This document shows, piece after piece, positions 27,873 through 36,981 of a DNA stretch of 57,747 nt. The position numbers and the translations under genes are program-made. The notes under the pieces are model-generated. The model was given only the letters and a program-made list of their open reading frames with translations. It did not search any database and was not told the origin of the DNA. The stretch lies in NCBI GenBank assembly GCA_012522585.1, contig JAAYKD010000019.1:1-57747 (forward strand), read 5' to 3'. This stretch comes from Bacillota bacterium (GTDB lineage Bacteria; Bacillota; JAAYKD01). Position 1 is the stretch's first letter; each line of letters begins with the position of its first letter.

Positions 27873-29540
27873 ATGGCAAAAAAAGCAAATAAAATGCAGG
27901 TGATTCCCTTAGGCGGAGTCAGCGAAATTGGCAAGAACATGACGGTTCTGCGCTATGGTCAAGAGATCATCATAATTGATGCCGGTTTGAAATTTCCCGA
28001 CGACAATATGCCGGGAATCGATTATATTATACCAAATTTCAACTATTTAATCGATCATAAAAACTTGATCAAAGGACTTTGCCTGACCCATGGCCACGAA
28101 GATCACATTGGAGCCGTAGTCTTTTTGCTCAAGGAATTGCAAATACCCATCTATGGATCACCATTGACCCTAGGGCTCTTGAGCAATAAACTCAAGGAAC
28201 ATCGCCTGGAAGCTAAAACTCAGGTTGTTGAAAACGGAGAAACGATTCGATTAGGCCGTCATTTTAAAATCGAGTACATTCAAAACAACCATTCCATCCC
28301 CGACAGCTTTGCTATGGCAGTGACGACCCCGGCCGGCGTCTTAATTCATACGGGTGATTTTAAAATTGACAATACCCCGGTAAGCGGCCCAACCATCAAC
28401 CTGCCTCGACTGGCTGAGTATGGCAGTCAGGGGGTTTTGGCCTTGATGATAGATTCAACCAATGCCGAAAAAGAAGGATATACAAAATCAGAAAAAATAG
28501 TCGGTAAAACCTTAGAAGAAGTATTGGCAAAATACCCAGAAGACCGGATTTTTGTGGCTACTTTCGCTTCAAACATCCACCGCATCCAGCAGGTTTTCAC
28601 AGCGGCCGAAAAATACGGCAGAAAAGTCGCCTCAGTCGGTCGAAGCATGATCGGTAATATCGAAATTGCCACCCGTTTAGGCTATTTAAAATACAACAGT
28701 CGAAACTATATCGCTATTGAGGATATAGGCAATTACTCCGACCATGAATTATTAATAATTTCTACCGGGTCCCAGGGAGAACCTTTGGCGGGCTTAACCA
28801 GAATGGCTGCTCAAAACCACCATCGAGTCAATATTAAATCAGGAGATGTTGTAATCCTTTCGTCAACACCGATTCCAGGCAATGAAAGATTGATTTCTAA
28901 GGTAATCGACGGCCTTTACCGACTGGGAGCAAAGGTGCTTCACCAAGGCATGTACGATGTCCATGTTTCCGGTCATGCCAGTCGTGAAGAGATTAAAATG
29001 ATCATCGGCTTGGTTCAGCCTCAATTTATTATTCCCTTCCATGGCGAGTATAGACATCAAGCTGCCATGATGCGGTTAGCCAAAGAAATGGGTTTTAAAA
29101 AAGAACAGAATTACCTGGCTGAAATCGGTGATGTCATAGAAGTTTCAGAAAATGGCATCAGAAAAGTAGGAGCTGTCGCCAGCGATCCCGTCTATGTGGA
29201 TAGCAGTAGCCGCCGGCCCGTTGGCACTTCGGTCATCAAAGATAGATTACAAATTTCCTTGGACGGGATGCTGACAGTTGTCATCGCCCTGGATAAAAGG
29301 AGCAAAACCATCTTGGCCGGGCCTGAATTGATCACTCGAGGATTCATTTATGTCAGGGAGTCTGAAGACCTGATGAAGGATCTGCATCAGCTGACCTTAG
29401 GTCTGATCAATGAGCAAATACTATCGGGAAGACCCCAGGTCAATCGAATTGCCCAAGTTTTAAAGGATTCGCTCAGCGCCTATATTTTTGAAAGAACTGA
29501 GCGAACCCCGATTATCTTACCTTTAATTGTCGAAATCTAG
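27873..29540 (+). CDS. rnj: Ribonuclease J
   Basis: 555 aa. It has the metallo-beta-lactamase 'THGHEDHIG' motif and a beta-CASP layout. AAGGAGG RBS is present. Confidence 0.93.
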   Translation: MAKKANKMQVIPLGGVSEIGKNMTVLRYGQEIIIIDAGLKFPDDNMPGIDYIIPNFNYLIDHKNLIKGLCLTHGHEDHIGAVVFLLKELQIPIYGSPLTLGLLSNKLKEHRLEAKTQVVENGETIRLGRHFKIEYIQNNHSIPDSFAMAVTTPAGVLIHTGDFKIDNTPVSGPTINLPRLAEYGSQGVLALMIDSTNAEKEGYTKSEKIVGKTLEEVLAKYPEDRIFVATFASNIHRIQQVFTAAEKYGRKVASVGRSMIGNIEIATRLGYLKYNSRNYIAIEDIGNYSDHELLIISTGSQGEPLAGLTRMAAQNHHRVNIKSGDVVILSSTPIPGNERLISKVIDGLYRLGAKVLHQGMYDVHVSGHASREEIKMIIGLVQPQFIIPFHGEYRHQAAMMRLAKEMGFKKEQNYLAEIGDVIEVSENGIRKVGAVASDPVYVDSSSRRPVGTSVIKDRLQISLDGMLTVVIALDKRSKTILAGPELITRGFIYVRESEDLMKDLHQLTLGLINEQILSGRPQVNRIAQVLKDSLSAYIFERTERTPIILPLIVEI

Positions 29541-29590
29541 AAACAAAAAAAAGCCAGAAAATCTATGCTGGGAATAAAATTGTACAGAAG

Positions 29591-29620
29591 AAAAGCCAAG
29601 CGATTTTGCTTGGCTTTTTT
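29591..29620. terminator. Bidirectional terminator between the convergent rnj and mreB
   Basis: AAAAGCCAAGC-GATTTT-GCTTGGCTTTTTTTT. Confidence 0.8.
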
Positions 29621-30640
29621 TTAACGTTTGCGTCCGCTGATCAAGTTTTTTTCTAAGAAGTTTAAAGAGTCAAGAGCAGCACAAGTGCCTAAGCCAACGC
29701 AATCGATGGGGTTTTCAGCCATAAAGGTTTGAATTCCTGTCTCTTGGGTCATCAGTTTATCCAAGCCATCGATCAGGGCTCCGCCTCCGGTCATGATAAT
29801 ACCTCGATCCATGATATCCGCTGCTAACTCAGGTGGCGTTCTTTCTAAAACGGATTTGACCAAACTGACTATAGCATCGATGGGCTCCTGCATAGCTTCC
29901 ATGGCTTGTTCCGAGGTGATGGTCACATTTTTGGGCAAGCCGGTGACTAAGTCTCTTCCTCTGACTTCCAGATATACTTCTCTCGAACCGGGGAAGGCTG
30001 TGCCTGCTTGAATTTTAATATCCTCAGCTGTTCTTTCACCGATCAGTAAACGATATTCATTGCGCATAAAACGAATAATTGCTTCGTCAAGCTTATCCCC
30101 TGCTATTCTGGCTGCCTCCGAAACCACGATTCCCCCTAAGGAAATAACGGCTACATCGGTTGTTCCCCCGCCAATGTCTACGACAATGGCGCCGTTAGGC
30201 TTGGAAACATCAATGCCTGCGCCTAGGGCTGCTGCCAAGGGTTCTTCAATCAACCAGGTTTGACGAGCCCCGGCCTCACTGGCAGCTTCCAAAACAGCCC
30301 TCTGTTCAACGGTAGTAATACCCGAAGGCACACCTATCATCAATCTGGGGCCGAAAAAGCGGCTCTTGCCACAAACCTTACGAATAAAAGCCTGAAGCAT
30401 TTGCTGAGTCACATCGTAATCGGCTATAACACCGTCGCGCATAGGACGAACTGCTATAATATTGCCGGGGGTTCGACCAATCATCTGTCTGGCTTCTTCA
30501 CCGATTGCCAGAGGTTTATTGGTATCCCGATCAACTGCCACAACAGATGGCTCATTTAATACAATTCCTTTATTTTTTACGGAAACTAAAACGCTGGCCG
30601 TACCTAAGTCGATACCCACGTCCATTCCAAAACCAAACAT
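29621..30640 (-). CDS. mreB: Rod-shape-determining protein MreB
   Basis: Actin-fold motifs 'GIDLGTA', 'VVDIGGGTTD' and 'IIMTGGGA' are present. GGAGG lies 7 nt upstream of the ATG at 30640 (M17 of the track ORF). Confidence 0.93.
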   Translation of the reverse strand: MFGFGMDVGIDLGTASVLVSVKNKGIVLNEPSVVAVDRDTNKPLAIGEEARQMIGRTPGNIIAVRPMRDGVIADYDVTQQMLQAFIRKVCGKSRFFGPRLMIGVPSGITTVEQRAVLEAASEAGARQTWLIEEPLAAALGAGIDVSKPNGAIVVDIGGGTTDVAVISLGGIVVSEAARIAGDKLDEAIIRFMRNEYRLLIGERTAEDIKIQAGTAFPGSREVYLEVRGRDLVTGLPKNVTITSEQAMEAMQEPIDAIVSLVKSVLERTPPELAADIMDRGIIMTGGGALIDGLDKLMTQETGIQTFMAENPIDCVGLGTCAALDSLNFLEKNLISGRKR

Positions 30641-30707
30641 CCGTTTTCCTCCTCTAAAGGCTCTCTTTATTGACGCCTTAACAATCAAAAGTTCGCCATA
30701 ACAATTT

Positions 30708-31268
30708 CTATTCCTGCTTTAAGTCAATATTATTTTTCTGCTGCTTGGGAAAATAGTTTGTATTCAACCATCTTAAGCCTTCCCGCAAAACAATGCGATC
30801 TCTCAACAATATATATTTCATAGTATAATCACGACATTGGTTCTTTTTCATTCTAAAACTTGCTTGTTTTGGCGTCAACCAGCGCAATTGAAAACCCAAA
30901 CGCTTTTCATTATTGCTCAAGGAACTGCCCCTGTAAGGTCCGGAAACCTCAGCTACGAAACAATGAGAATATTGCAGAAAATTATTTTTGGCTTTGTGCT
31001 CTTCAATGCCCCCTAATTCCGTTAAAATACGGACAGGAAAGCCCGTTTCTTCCATAACTTCCCGGTGAAAAGCATCTTCTTTACTCTCTCCGGGCAGCAA
31101 GCCACCTCCGGGCAATTTGTAAATACGCATTCTACTCAAATACATAAGAGCAATTTTACCCTCCGCATTGACGATTACACCTCGGGAGCCGTAACGAGAA
31201 ATCTTTTCCACAGGACCTAGGTCTTCTCCAGTTACATGGCGATCCGTTACTCTGCCCAAAAAGCGCAT
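30708..31268 (-). CDS. NUDIX hydrolase
   Basis: Nudix box 'GGGLLPGESKEDAFHREVMEETGF'. Confidence 0.8.
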   Translation of the reverse strand: MRFLGRVTDRHVTGEDLGPVEKISRYGSRGVIVNAEGKIALMYLSRMRIYKLPGGGLLPGESKEDAFHREVMEETGFPVRILTELGGIEEHKAKNNFLQYSHCFVAEVSGPYRGSSLSNNEKRLGFQLRWLTPKQASFRMKKNQCRDYTMKYILLRDRIVLREGLRWLNTNYFPKQQKNNIDLKQE

Positions 31269-31300
31269 TTACCTTACCTCCTCATTTTTTTCAGACTAAT

Positions 31301-32794
31301 TTAATTTTCAGAGTCCAAAGGACGCATCAAGGGGAACAAAACACCGTCTCGAATATTTTCTAAATTCAATAAAACTTGCAGGAGGCGATCGACTCCGATA
31401 CCCCAACCGGATATAGGAGGCATACCATATTCCATAGCTTTTAAATAATCCTCATCCAAGGGCATGGCCTCTTCGTCACCGGAGAGACGCAATTTCGACT
31501 GCTCTTCCAAGCGCTTACGCTGATCAATAGGATCGACCAATTCGGAATAAGCATTGATTATTTCCGCTCCATTGACTACCAATTGGAAACGATCGACTAT
31601 ATCCGGATTGTCATCGTTTCTTCTGGCCAAGGGAGAAAGGTCGATGGGATGATTGATCAAAAACACCGGCGAAATCAGATGGGGTCTGCTCACCTTTTTG
31701 TAGAGCTGATCGATTAGATTGCCTTTACCCAAAGTTGCTACATGATCGTGGTCTAATTTAATTCCCTTAGCTTTTATAGCCTCTAAAAGAGCAGGGCCAT
31801 CGGCATACTGATCGATATCAAGACCCGTATCCTTTAAGATCAATTCCCTAAACGAGACAACCGGCCAATCCAAACCGAAATCTATCTCAGCTTCTCCGAT
31901 GGTGACTGTGGTCTGACCAAACAACTCTTTTAAAACATGAAGGATCATGTCTCTCAACAATTTCATATTGTCTTGATAATTAAAGTAAGCACTATAACCT
32001 TCGATCATAGTAAAATCCTGTAAATGCACAGGACTGACACCTTCATTGCGGAAACAGCGAGAGACTTCAAAAACATGATTAAAGCCACCGACTATCAGCC
32101 TTTTCAAATAGGTTTCCGGGGCTATCCGCAAATACACATCGATGTCCAGAGCTTTATGATGAGTCAGGAAAGGAGTCGCTAAAGCTCCGGAGGCCTGATT
32201 GGTCAAGACGGGTGTTTCAACTTCGATAAATCCTTTATTTTCTAAAAAATGACGAATGCTGGAAAGCATTTTAGAGCGCATCAGAAAAACCCTTCGGCTT
32301 TTCTCATTGGCTACCAAATCCAAATAGCGTTGGCGGTAGCGCAGCTCTGTATCGGTCAACCCATGCCATTTCTCAGGAAGTTCTCTCAAAGCTTTACCTA
32401 AAAACACATATTCATCAACTCTCAGGGATCGCTCACCGGTCCGGGTAGTAAAAATTGTGCCGTGAGCTCCTAGAAAATCGCCTATATCAACTGTTTTATG
32501 GAAAAAATCGTAGCCTTCGCCAAGTGAATTCTCCCTCAAAACAATTTGCAATCGGCCCTGGATATCCTGTAAATGAGCAAATGTAATTTTTCCCATCTTG
32601 CGGATAGAGATTATTCTTCCGGCTATGCTGACATTCTCTGTATCGTCAGGCAAAGAAAAAGCCTCTTCTAAAGTGTGGGAGACCTTAAAATGTTCAGGAT
32701 ATAATTGCACACCGGCTTCTTCTAAGTATTTCAGTTTATCGACACGATAATCAGCAAATCCTTCGTAATAGGACCGGTTTTTTTCTATATTCAT
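31301..32794 (-). CDS. lysS: Lysyl-tRNA synthetase (class II)
   Basis: 497 aa. An OB anticodon-binding domain is present. Class II motifs include 'FRNEG' (motif 2 region) and 'GWGIGVDRL' (motif 3). Confidence 0.95.
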   Translation of the reverse strand: MNIEKNRSYYEGFADYRVDKLKYLEEAGVQLYPEHFKVSHTLEEAFSLPDDTENVSIAGRIISIRKMGKITFAHLQDIQGRLQIVLRENSLGEGYDFFHKTVDIGDFLGAHGTIFTTRTGERSLRVDEYVFLGKALRELPEKWHGLTDTELRYRQRYLDLVANEKSRRVFLMRSKMLSSIRHFLENKGFIEVETPVLTNQASGALATPFLTHHKALDIDVYLRIAPETYLKRLIVGGFNHVFEVSRCFRNEGVSPVHLQDFTMIEGYSAYFNYQDNMKLLRDMILHVLKELFGQTTVTIGEAEIDFGLDWPVVSFRELILKDTGLDIDQYADGPALLEAIKAKGIKLDHDHVATLGKGNLIDQLYKKVSRPHLISPVFLINHPIDLSPLARRNDDNPDIVDRFQLVVNGAEIINAYSELVDPIDQRKRLEEQSKLRLSGDEEAMPLDEDYLKAMEYGMPPISGWGIGVDRLLQVLLNLENIRDGVLFPLMRPLDSEN

Positions 32795-32825
32795 TGAGTA
32801 TGCCTCCGTTAATCTTTATTTAATT

Positions 32826-32855
32826 ATTGTACACTTTGCTCTGGCTCTATGTCAA
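32826..32855 (-). promoter_or_regulatory. Putative SigA promoter of lysS
   Basis: On the minus strand: TTGACA, an 18-nt spacer, then TACAAT. No T-box or L-box features are seen in the short leader. Confidence 0.5.
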
Positions 32856-32898
32856 GGTATAGACTGAGAAATTTAATGGCAGAAATGTTTAGCCTCAG

Positions 32899-32927
32899 TT
32901 GACAAGATTTTATCTTCGTTCTATAAT
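32899..32927 (+). promoter_or_regulatory. SigA-type promoter of the marR-MATE operon
   Basis: TTGACA (32899-32904), a 17-nt spacer, then TATAAT (32922-32927). The track ORF 'start' at 32899 is this -35 box. Confidence 0.7.
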
Positions 32928-32979
32928 GAACTATCTTGTTTGTAAGCAAATCAAAATCATAAAAGGGGCGATAAAAGCA

Positions 32980-33420
32980 ATGGCAAATGATCTACATACA
33001 CTCTTATACGGTGTGTTTCAAAGCCATGTTCGTTTAAGTAGCAGTGCCTTCAGCAAGCTCGATTTGAGCAGCGCCCAGCCTAAAATCCTCTATTATCTCA
33101 AAGAACATGGAGGAGCCAGGCAAAAGGACATTGCCGAAGGATGCAATATAGATCCGGCAACAGTGACCAGCGTGATCAAAGGCATGGAAAAAAACGACCT
33201 GATCATCAGGAGAACCGACGAACAGGACCGTCGTGTCACCCGCACCTATTTAACAGAAAAAGGACAGGATTTAATTGCCGCGATAAGCAGTGGTTTCGAA
33301 AACATCGAGAGATTGGCATTTAGTGGATTTAATCAAAAAGAAGCCCAGGATTTCAAGTCTTTTTTACAACGAATGGGAGAGAATCTTCATTTAGCAGAAC
33401 ATAATCAAAGTTTAAACTGA
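32980..33420 (+). CDS. MarR-family transcriptional regulator
   Basis: The wHTH reads 'ARQKDIAEGCNIDPATVTSVIKGMEKNDLIIRRTDEQDRRVTRTYLTEKG'. The ATG at 32980 is preceded by AAAAGGGG. Confidence 0.85.
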   Translation: MANDLHTLLYGVFQSHVRLSSSAFSKLDLSSAQPKILYYLKEHGGARQKDIAEGCNIDPATVTSVIKGMEKNDLIIRRTDEQDRRVTRTYLTEKGQDLIAAISSGFENIERLAFSGFNQKEAQDFKSFLQRMGENLHLAEHNQSLN

Positions 33421-33437
33421 AAGAGGTTGGCATTATT

Positions 33438-34817
33438 TTGAACAAAAATCAAGGGAAAGCCAATATCAGAGATATGACTAAGGGTGAACCTTTACCTCTG
33501 ATAGTGGCTTTTGGTATGCCCATGTTGGTTGGCAATATCTTTCAACAATTCTATAATCTGGTCGACTCAATTGTAGTCGGCCGCTTCGTCGGCTCCCAAG
33601 CTTTAGCCGCAGTTGGCACCAGTGGGCCTTTAATCAGCTTGCTGATTGCTTTAGCCATGGGCTTAACTATGGGCTCAGGGATCGTGGTTTCCCAACTTTT
33701 TGGAGCTAAACAAAATAAAAAAATCAAAGCAACAGTTTCCACTACCTTGATTTTCCAAAGCATATTGGCAGTGGTCATGACATTTTTAGGTCTGGTCCTA
33801 CACAAGCCAATGCTCGAGATGATTAAGGTGCCGGCTGAAATCTTCCCGGACGCGGCAGCCTACATGAGAATTTATTTTCTCGGCTTATTCTTCCTTTTCA
33901 CCTACAACACATTTGCTTCGATTTTAAGAGCTCTGGGTGATTCAAAAACTCCCTTGTATTTCTTAATCCTGTCCAGTTTGATCAATACGGTGTTGGATCT
34001 GTATTTTGTCGTTTCACTAAAAATGGGCGTGGTCGGAGTTGCTTGGGCAACTTTGATTGCTCAGGGGGTAAGCGCCTTTCTCTGTTTCATCTATGCGATG
34101 CTGAGAATCGAGTATTTCCGCTTTGGCAAAGGTGAATTTGTCTTTTCCAAAGAGATTTTTGTCGACATTTTGCGCATAGGCATCCCCAGCTCCCTACAAA
34201 GTTCAGTCGTTCATATAGGTTTTATTTTGATGCAAAATTTGATCAACAGCTTCGGAGCTTTAAATATGGCTGCCTACACTGCAGCTTCCAGACTGGAAGG
34301 GCTATCCCATCTGCCTTCAGGCAACTTCACCCAAGCTCTCTCGACCTTCGTCGGTCAGAACATGGGAGCGGGTCAAACTGAAAGGGTCGTCGAAGGCCGG
34401 CGCAGTGTAGTCAAATTGACCAGTATCATCAGTATAGTAACTGCGGCTGTCTTCTTTGCTTTGGGGCCAAAATTAATCGGTATCTTTATTGATGGTTCAG
34501 AAATGGAAGTCATCACAAGAGGAAGTACTTTTTTAAAAATATATGCACCATTTTTAATTTTCTTCTCCCTGATGGGTTCCAATACAGCAGTTTTAAGGGG
34601 TTCCGGTGATTCTCTCTTTTCCATGATTTGTGGTTTTGCCGACTTAGGAGTAAGGGTTTTAGCAGCTTACACTTTAGCTGCCATTCCACAAATTGGCTTT
34701 TGGGGAATTGCCATGGCCATACCCATTGGTTGGGCAGCATCAGCCTTGATCAGCTATTTACGCTATAGAAGCATGGCCTGGATCGATAAAACCGTCTCTT
34801 CTTTGGCTCATGATTAG
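33438..34817 (+). CDS. MATE-family multidrug efflux transporter
   Basis: 459 aa with about 12 TM helices. The N-terminal 'PMLVGNIFQQFYNLVDSIVVGRFVG' motif is typical of the MATE/NorM family. Confidence 0.88.
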   Translation: MNKNQGKANIRDMTKGEPLPLIVAFGMPMLVGNIFQQFYNLVDSIVVGRFVGSQALAAVGTSGPLISLLIALAMGLTMGSGIVVSQLFGAKQNKKIKATVSTTLIFQSILAVVMTFLGLVLHKPMLEMIKVPAEIFPDAAAYMRIYFLGLFFLFTYNTFASILRALGDSKTPLYFLILSSLINTVLDLYFVVSLKMGVVGVAWATLIAQGVSAFLCFIYAMLRIEYFRFGKGEFVFSKEIFVDILRIGIPSSLQSSVVHIGFILMQNLINSFGALNMAAYTAASRLEGLSHLPSGNFTQALSTFVGQNMGAGQTERVVEGRRSVVKLTSIISIVTAAVFFALGPKLIGIFIDGSEMEVITRGSTFLKIYAPFLIFFSLMGSNTAVLRGSGDSLFSMICGFADLGVRVLAAYTLAAIPQIGFWGIAMAIPIGWAASALISYLRYRSMAWIDKTVSSLAHD

Positions 34818-34901
34818 TAAGTTTAAATTGCAAGAGGATTTTTTCTAGCAAAAAATCTAAGCTCATATAAAACAAGTTCAAACAAAAAACAAGCTCATAA
34901 T

Positions 34902-34936
34902 AAAAAGCCTTCTGCTCTTCAAGCAGAAGGCTTTTT
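34902..34936. terminator. Bidirectional terminator between MATE and the polymerase gene
   Basis: AAAAGCCTTCTGCT-CTTCA-AGCAGAAGGCTTTTT. Confidence 0.8.
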
Positions 34937-34937
34937 A

Positions 34938-36698
34938 TTATCCTGCCCAGCTTTTAGCAATTTCTGCTTCAGCCACAACAGGTACTATTTTTAACAGCCT
35001 CTTTCCGGCTCTTTCCATTTGCCTTTTCAAAAAATAAGCTGCCTCCAAGGCTTCTTCCTCCGGCACCTCCATGAGAATTTCATCGTGAACCGAAGCAACA
35101 ATCCGCCACTCCGGGTTATCCCTCTCTTCGACAATGTAACTGAGAGCAATTTTTGTGATATCAGCTGCAGTTCCTTGGACCGGCATATTGTAAAGACCGG
35201 CAACACCGGCTCTACCGCCCCAGATGTAGCGCCTTCCGGTTAGGGTTCTGCTTTCACTTAAAATTTTCTGTTTTCTGCGTCTGGCATCCTCGGCTCGAAG
35301 TTGCCCATGCCAGCGATCTATACCCCGGTAGGCTCTAAAATATAATTCTCTGAACCTCTCAGCTTCAGCTAAGGTCATGTCGATTGAATAGGTGTCAACG
35401 GAATAATTCATCAGACCTCGAGCTCCCATGGCATAGATTAAACCAAAATTTATAGCTTTAGCAGCTTGCCTTTGCTCTGGAGTCACCGAACTCAAAGGAA
35501 CCGACCTGACCAGGGAAGCTGTAAGCTTATGTAAATCTTCTCCTTTTTGATAGGCTTTGATCATTCTCTGATCCCCGGCGATTTCAGCTGCTACTCGCAA
35601 TTCTATTTGTGAATAGTCAGCGATTATCAAGGATTTGCCTGGCTCAGCTTGCCAGCAAGCCCGAAAACTCTTCTCTCTGGGAGTCTGCTGGATATTGGGT
35701 GAAGAACAGGAAAAACGACCACTAGCCGAACCCATCTGATCATAATGGGAATGGACCCGACCGGTTTTAGGATTGACGAATTTCGGCAGGGCATCGATAA
35801 ATGTGTTCAATTGTTTTGACAATTTACGATATTCCAGCAAAGCAGAAATTTCTTCGTGATTGCGAGCCAGCATATTCAAGGTATGCCTGGTCGTATCCTT
35901 AGCTTCGATACCTTTTCTTTTCAAGGCTTGCAACAGCTGTTCGGGACTATCCAAATTTACCTTTTCCAACTGATTGGCTCCCATCAAATTGAGCTGAGAA
36001 CGAGGAGTTCCAAAAAAAGGCAAGAGGATTTTTTCCAACTCTTTGACCCTGGCTCTGATGCCCCGACCTAAAAGCTCAAGATCCTCTGTATTCAAATACA
36101 TTCCAGTCTCTTCCATTTCAGCAACAGCATAGATGCAGTCAAATTCAACTTTAGCAACCTCGACAAGTTGGGCAGCTACTAAATCCTTGACCAGCTTTTG
36201 CCGCAAAGGCAAAAGAGCCGTCAAACTTTGAGCAAAAGCTATATATTCTTTTTCTCCTTTGAGCTGACCGTATTCGGGCCAAGGTGTGTTGACATAATCC
36301 AGATGTTCCAAATAAAGCTGAGGCAAGGAATAAATCCTTTTACTCTCAGGAGTGAGTAAGAGCTTGGCGGCAAGATAAGGATCAAACCATGTACCCCGAG
36401 GCTCCAATCCTAAGCTATGGAAGAATTGAATGCCCTTTTTAGCGTCGTACATGACTTTGATGATATTTTCATCCTCTAAAACTCTTTTTAAAGGATTCAG
36501 CTTCTCTCTGCTATCAAAATATCTAAAATCCAAAAGCCAAACATCTTCCCTATCGCAATTTAAACCCAAATAGATGGGCAGATGTAGATGGGGATCGGGC
36601 CCTTCAGTTTGCATGTACAAAGCCACATATTTTTGCCTGGAAATATTGCTCATAGCTTGATCCAATTGACTCTGATTGACAATTATATGAAGCTTCAA
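34938..36698 (-). CDS. Family-A DNA polymerase, Klenow-like (3'-5' exonuclease-like domain plus polymerase domain, no 5' nuclease domain)
   Basis: 586 aa. Pol motif A is 'IIADYSQIELRV', motif B is 'RQAAKAINFGLIYAMG' and motif C is 'SVHDEILME'. It starts at TTG with AGGAGG 9 nt upstream. 283 bp of non-coding DNA lie upstream, so it is not a truncated polA. Confidence 0.85.
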   Translation of the reverse strand: MKLHIIVNQSQLDQAMSNISRQKYVALYMQTEGPDPHLHLPIYLGLNCDREDVWLLDFRYFDSREKLNPLKRVLEDENIIKVMYDAKKGIQFFHSLGLEPRGTWFDPYLAAKLLLTPESKRIYSLPQLYLEHLDYVNTPWPEYGQLKGEKEYIAFAQSLTALLPLRQKLVKDLVAAQLVEVAKVEFDCIYAVAEMEETGMYLNTEDLELLGRGIRARVKELEKILLPFFGTPRSQLNLMGANQLEKVNLDSPEQLLQALKRKGIEAKDTTRHTLNMLARNHEEISALLEYRKLSKQLNTFIDALPKFVNPKTGRVHSHYDQMGSASGRFSCSSPNIQQTPREKSFRACWQAEPGKSLIIADYSQIELRVAAEIAGDQRMIKAYQKGEDLHKLTASLVRSVPLSSVTPEQRQAAKAINFGLIYAMGARGLMNYSVDTYSIDMTLAEAERFRELYFRAYRGIDRWHGQLRAEDARRRKQKILSESRTLTGRRYIWGGRAGVAGLYNMPVQGTAADITKIALSYIVEERDNPEWRIVASVHDEILMEVPEEEALEAAYFLKRQMERAGKRLLKIVPVVAEAEIAKSWAG

Positions 36699-36921
36699 TT
36701 GCTAACACCTCCTGCAACCAAATTCTATTTAGAAAGACAAAATCCTTTGCTGGTCAAGCTAAAACAAGTTTTTCAATGATGAAGGCTTAATTTCTAGCTT
36801 GTTCTTGCTCAGTGTCTTGGCCTAGAAAACTCCTTTAAAATATATTTCTAATACTGAGCCTTTCTTTTTAGAAGAGCAATCAAATAAAAACCTCAAAGTA
36901 AGACTTAGCTCCTCTTTAACC

Positions 36922-36950
36922 TTTACCCGAATAGTAGCTTATGTTATAAT
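36922..36950 (+). promoter_or_regulatory. Putative promoter of the Nudix-HAD gene (extended -10)
   Basis: TTTACC, a 17-nt spacer ending in TGT, then TATAAT (36945-36950). Confidence 0.5.
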
Positions 36951-36981
36951 CGATTTTATAATCCGGCAAGGAGGTTTAAAA

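Noticed and set aside
32899-32979. N-terminal extension of the MarR ORF beginning at the TTG at 32899
   Set aside because: That TTG is the first half of a perfect TTGACA-17-TATAAT promoter. A properly spaced RBS precedes the ATG at 32980.
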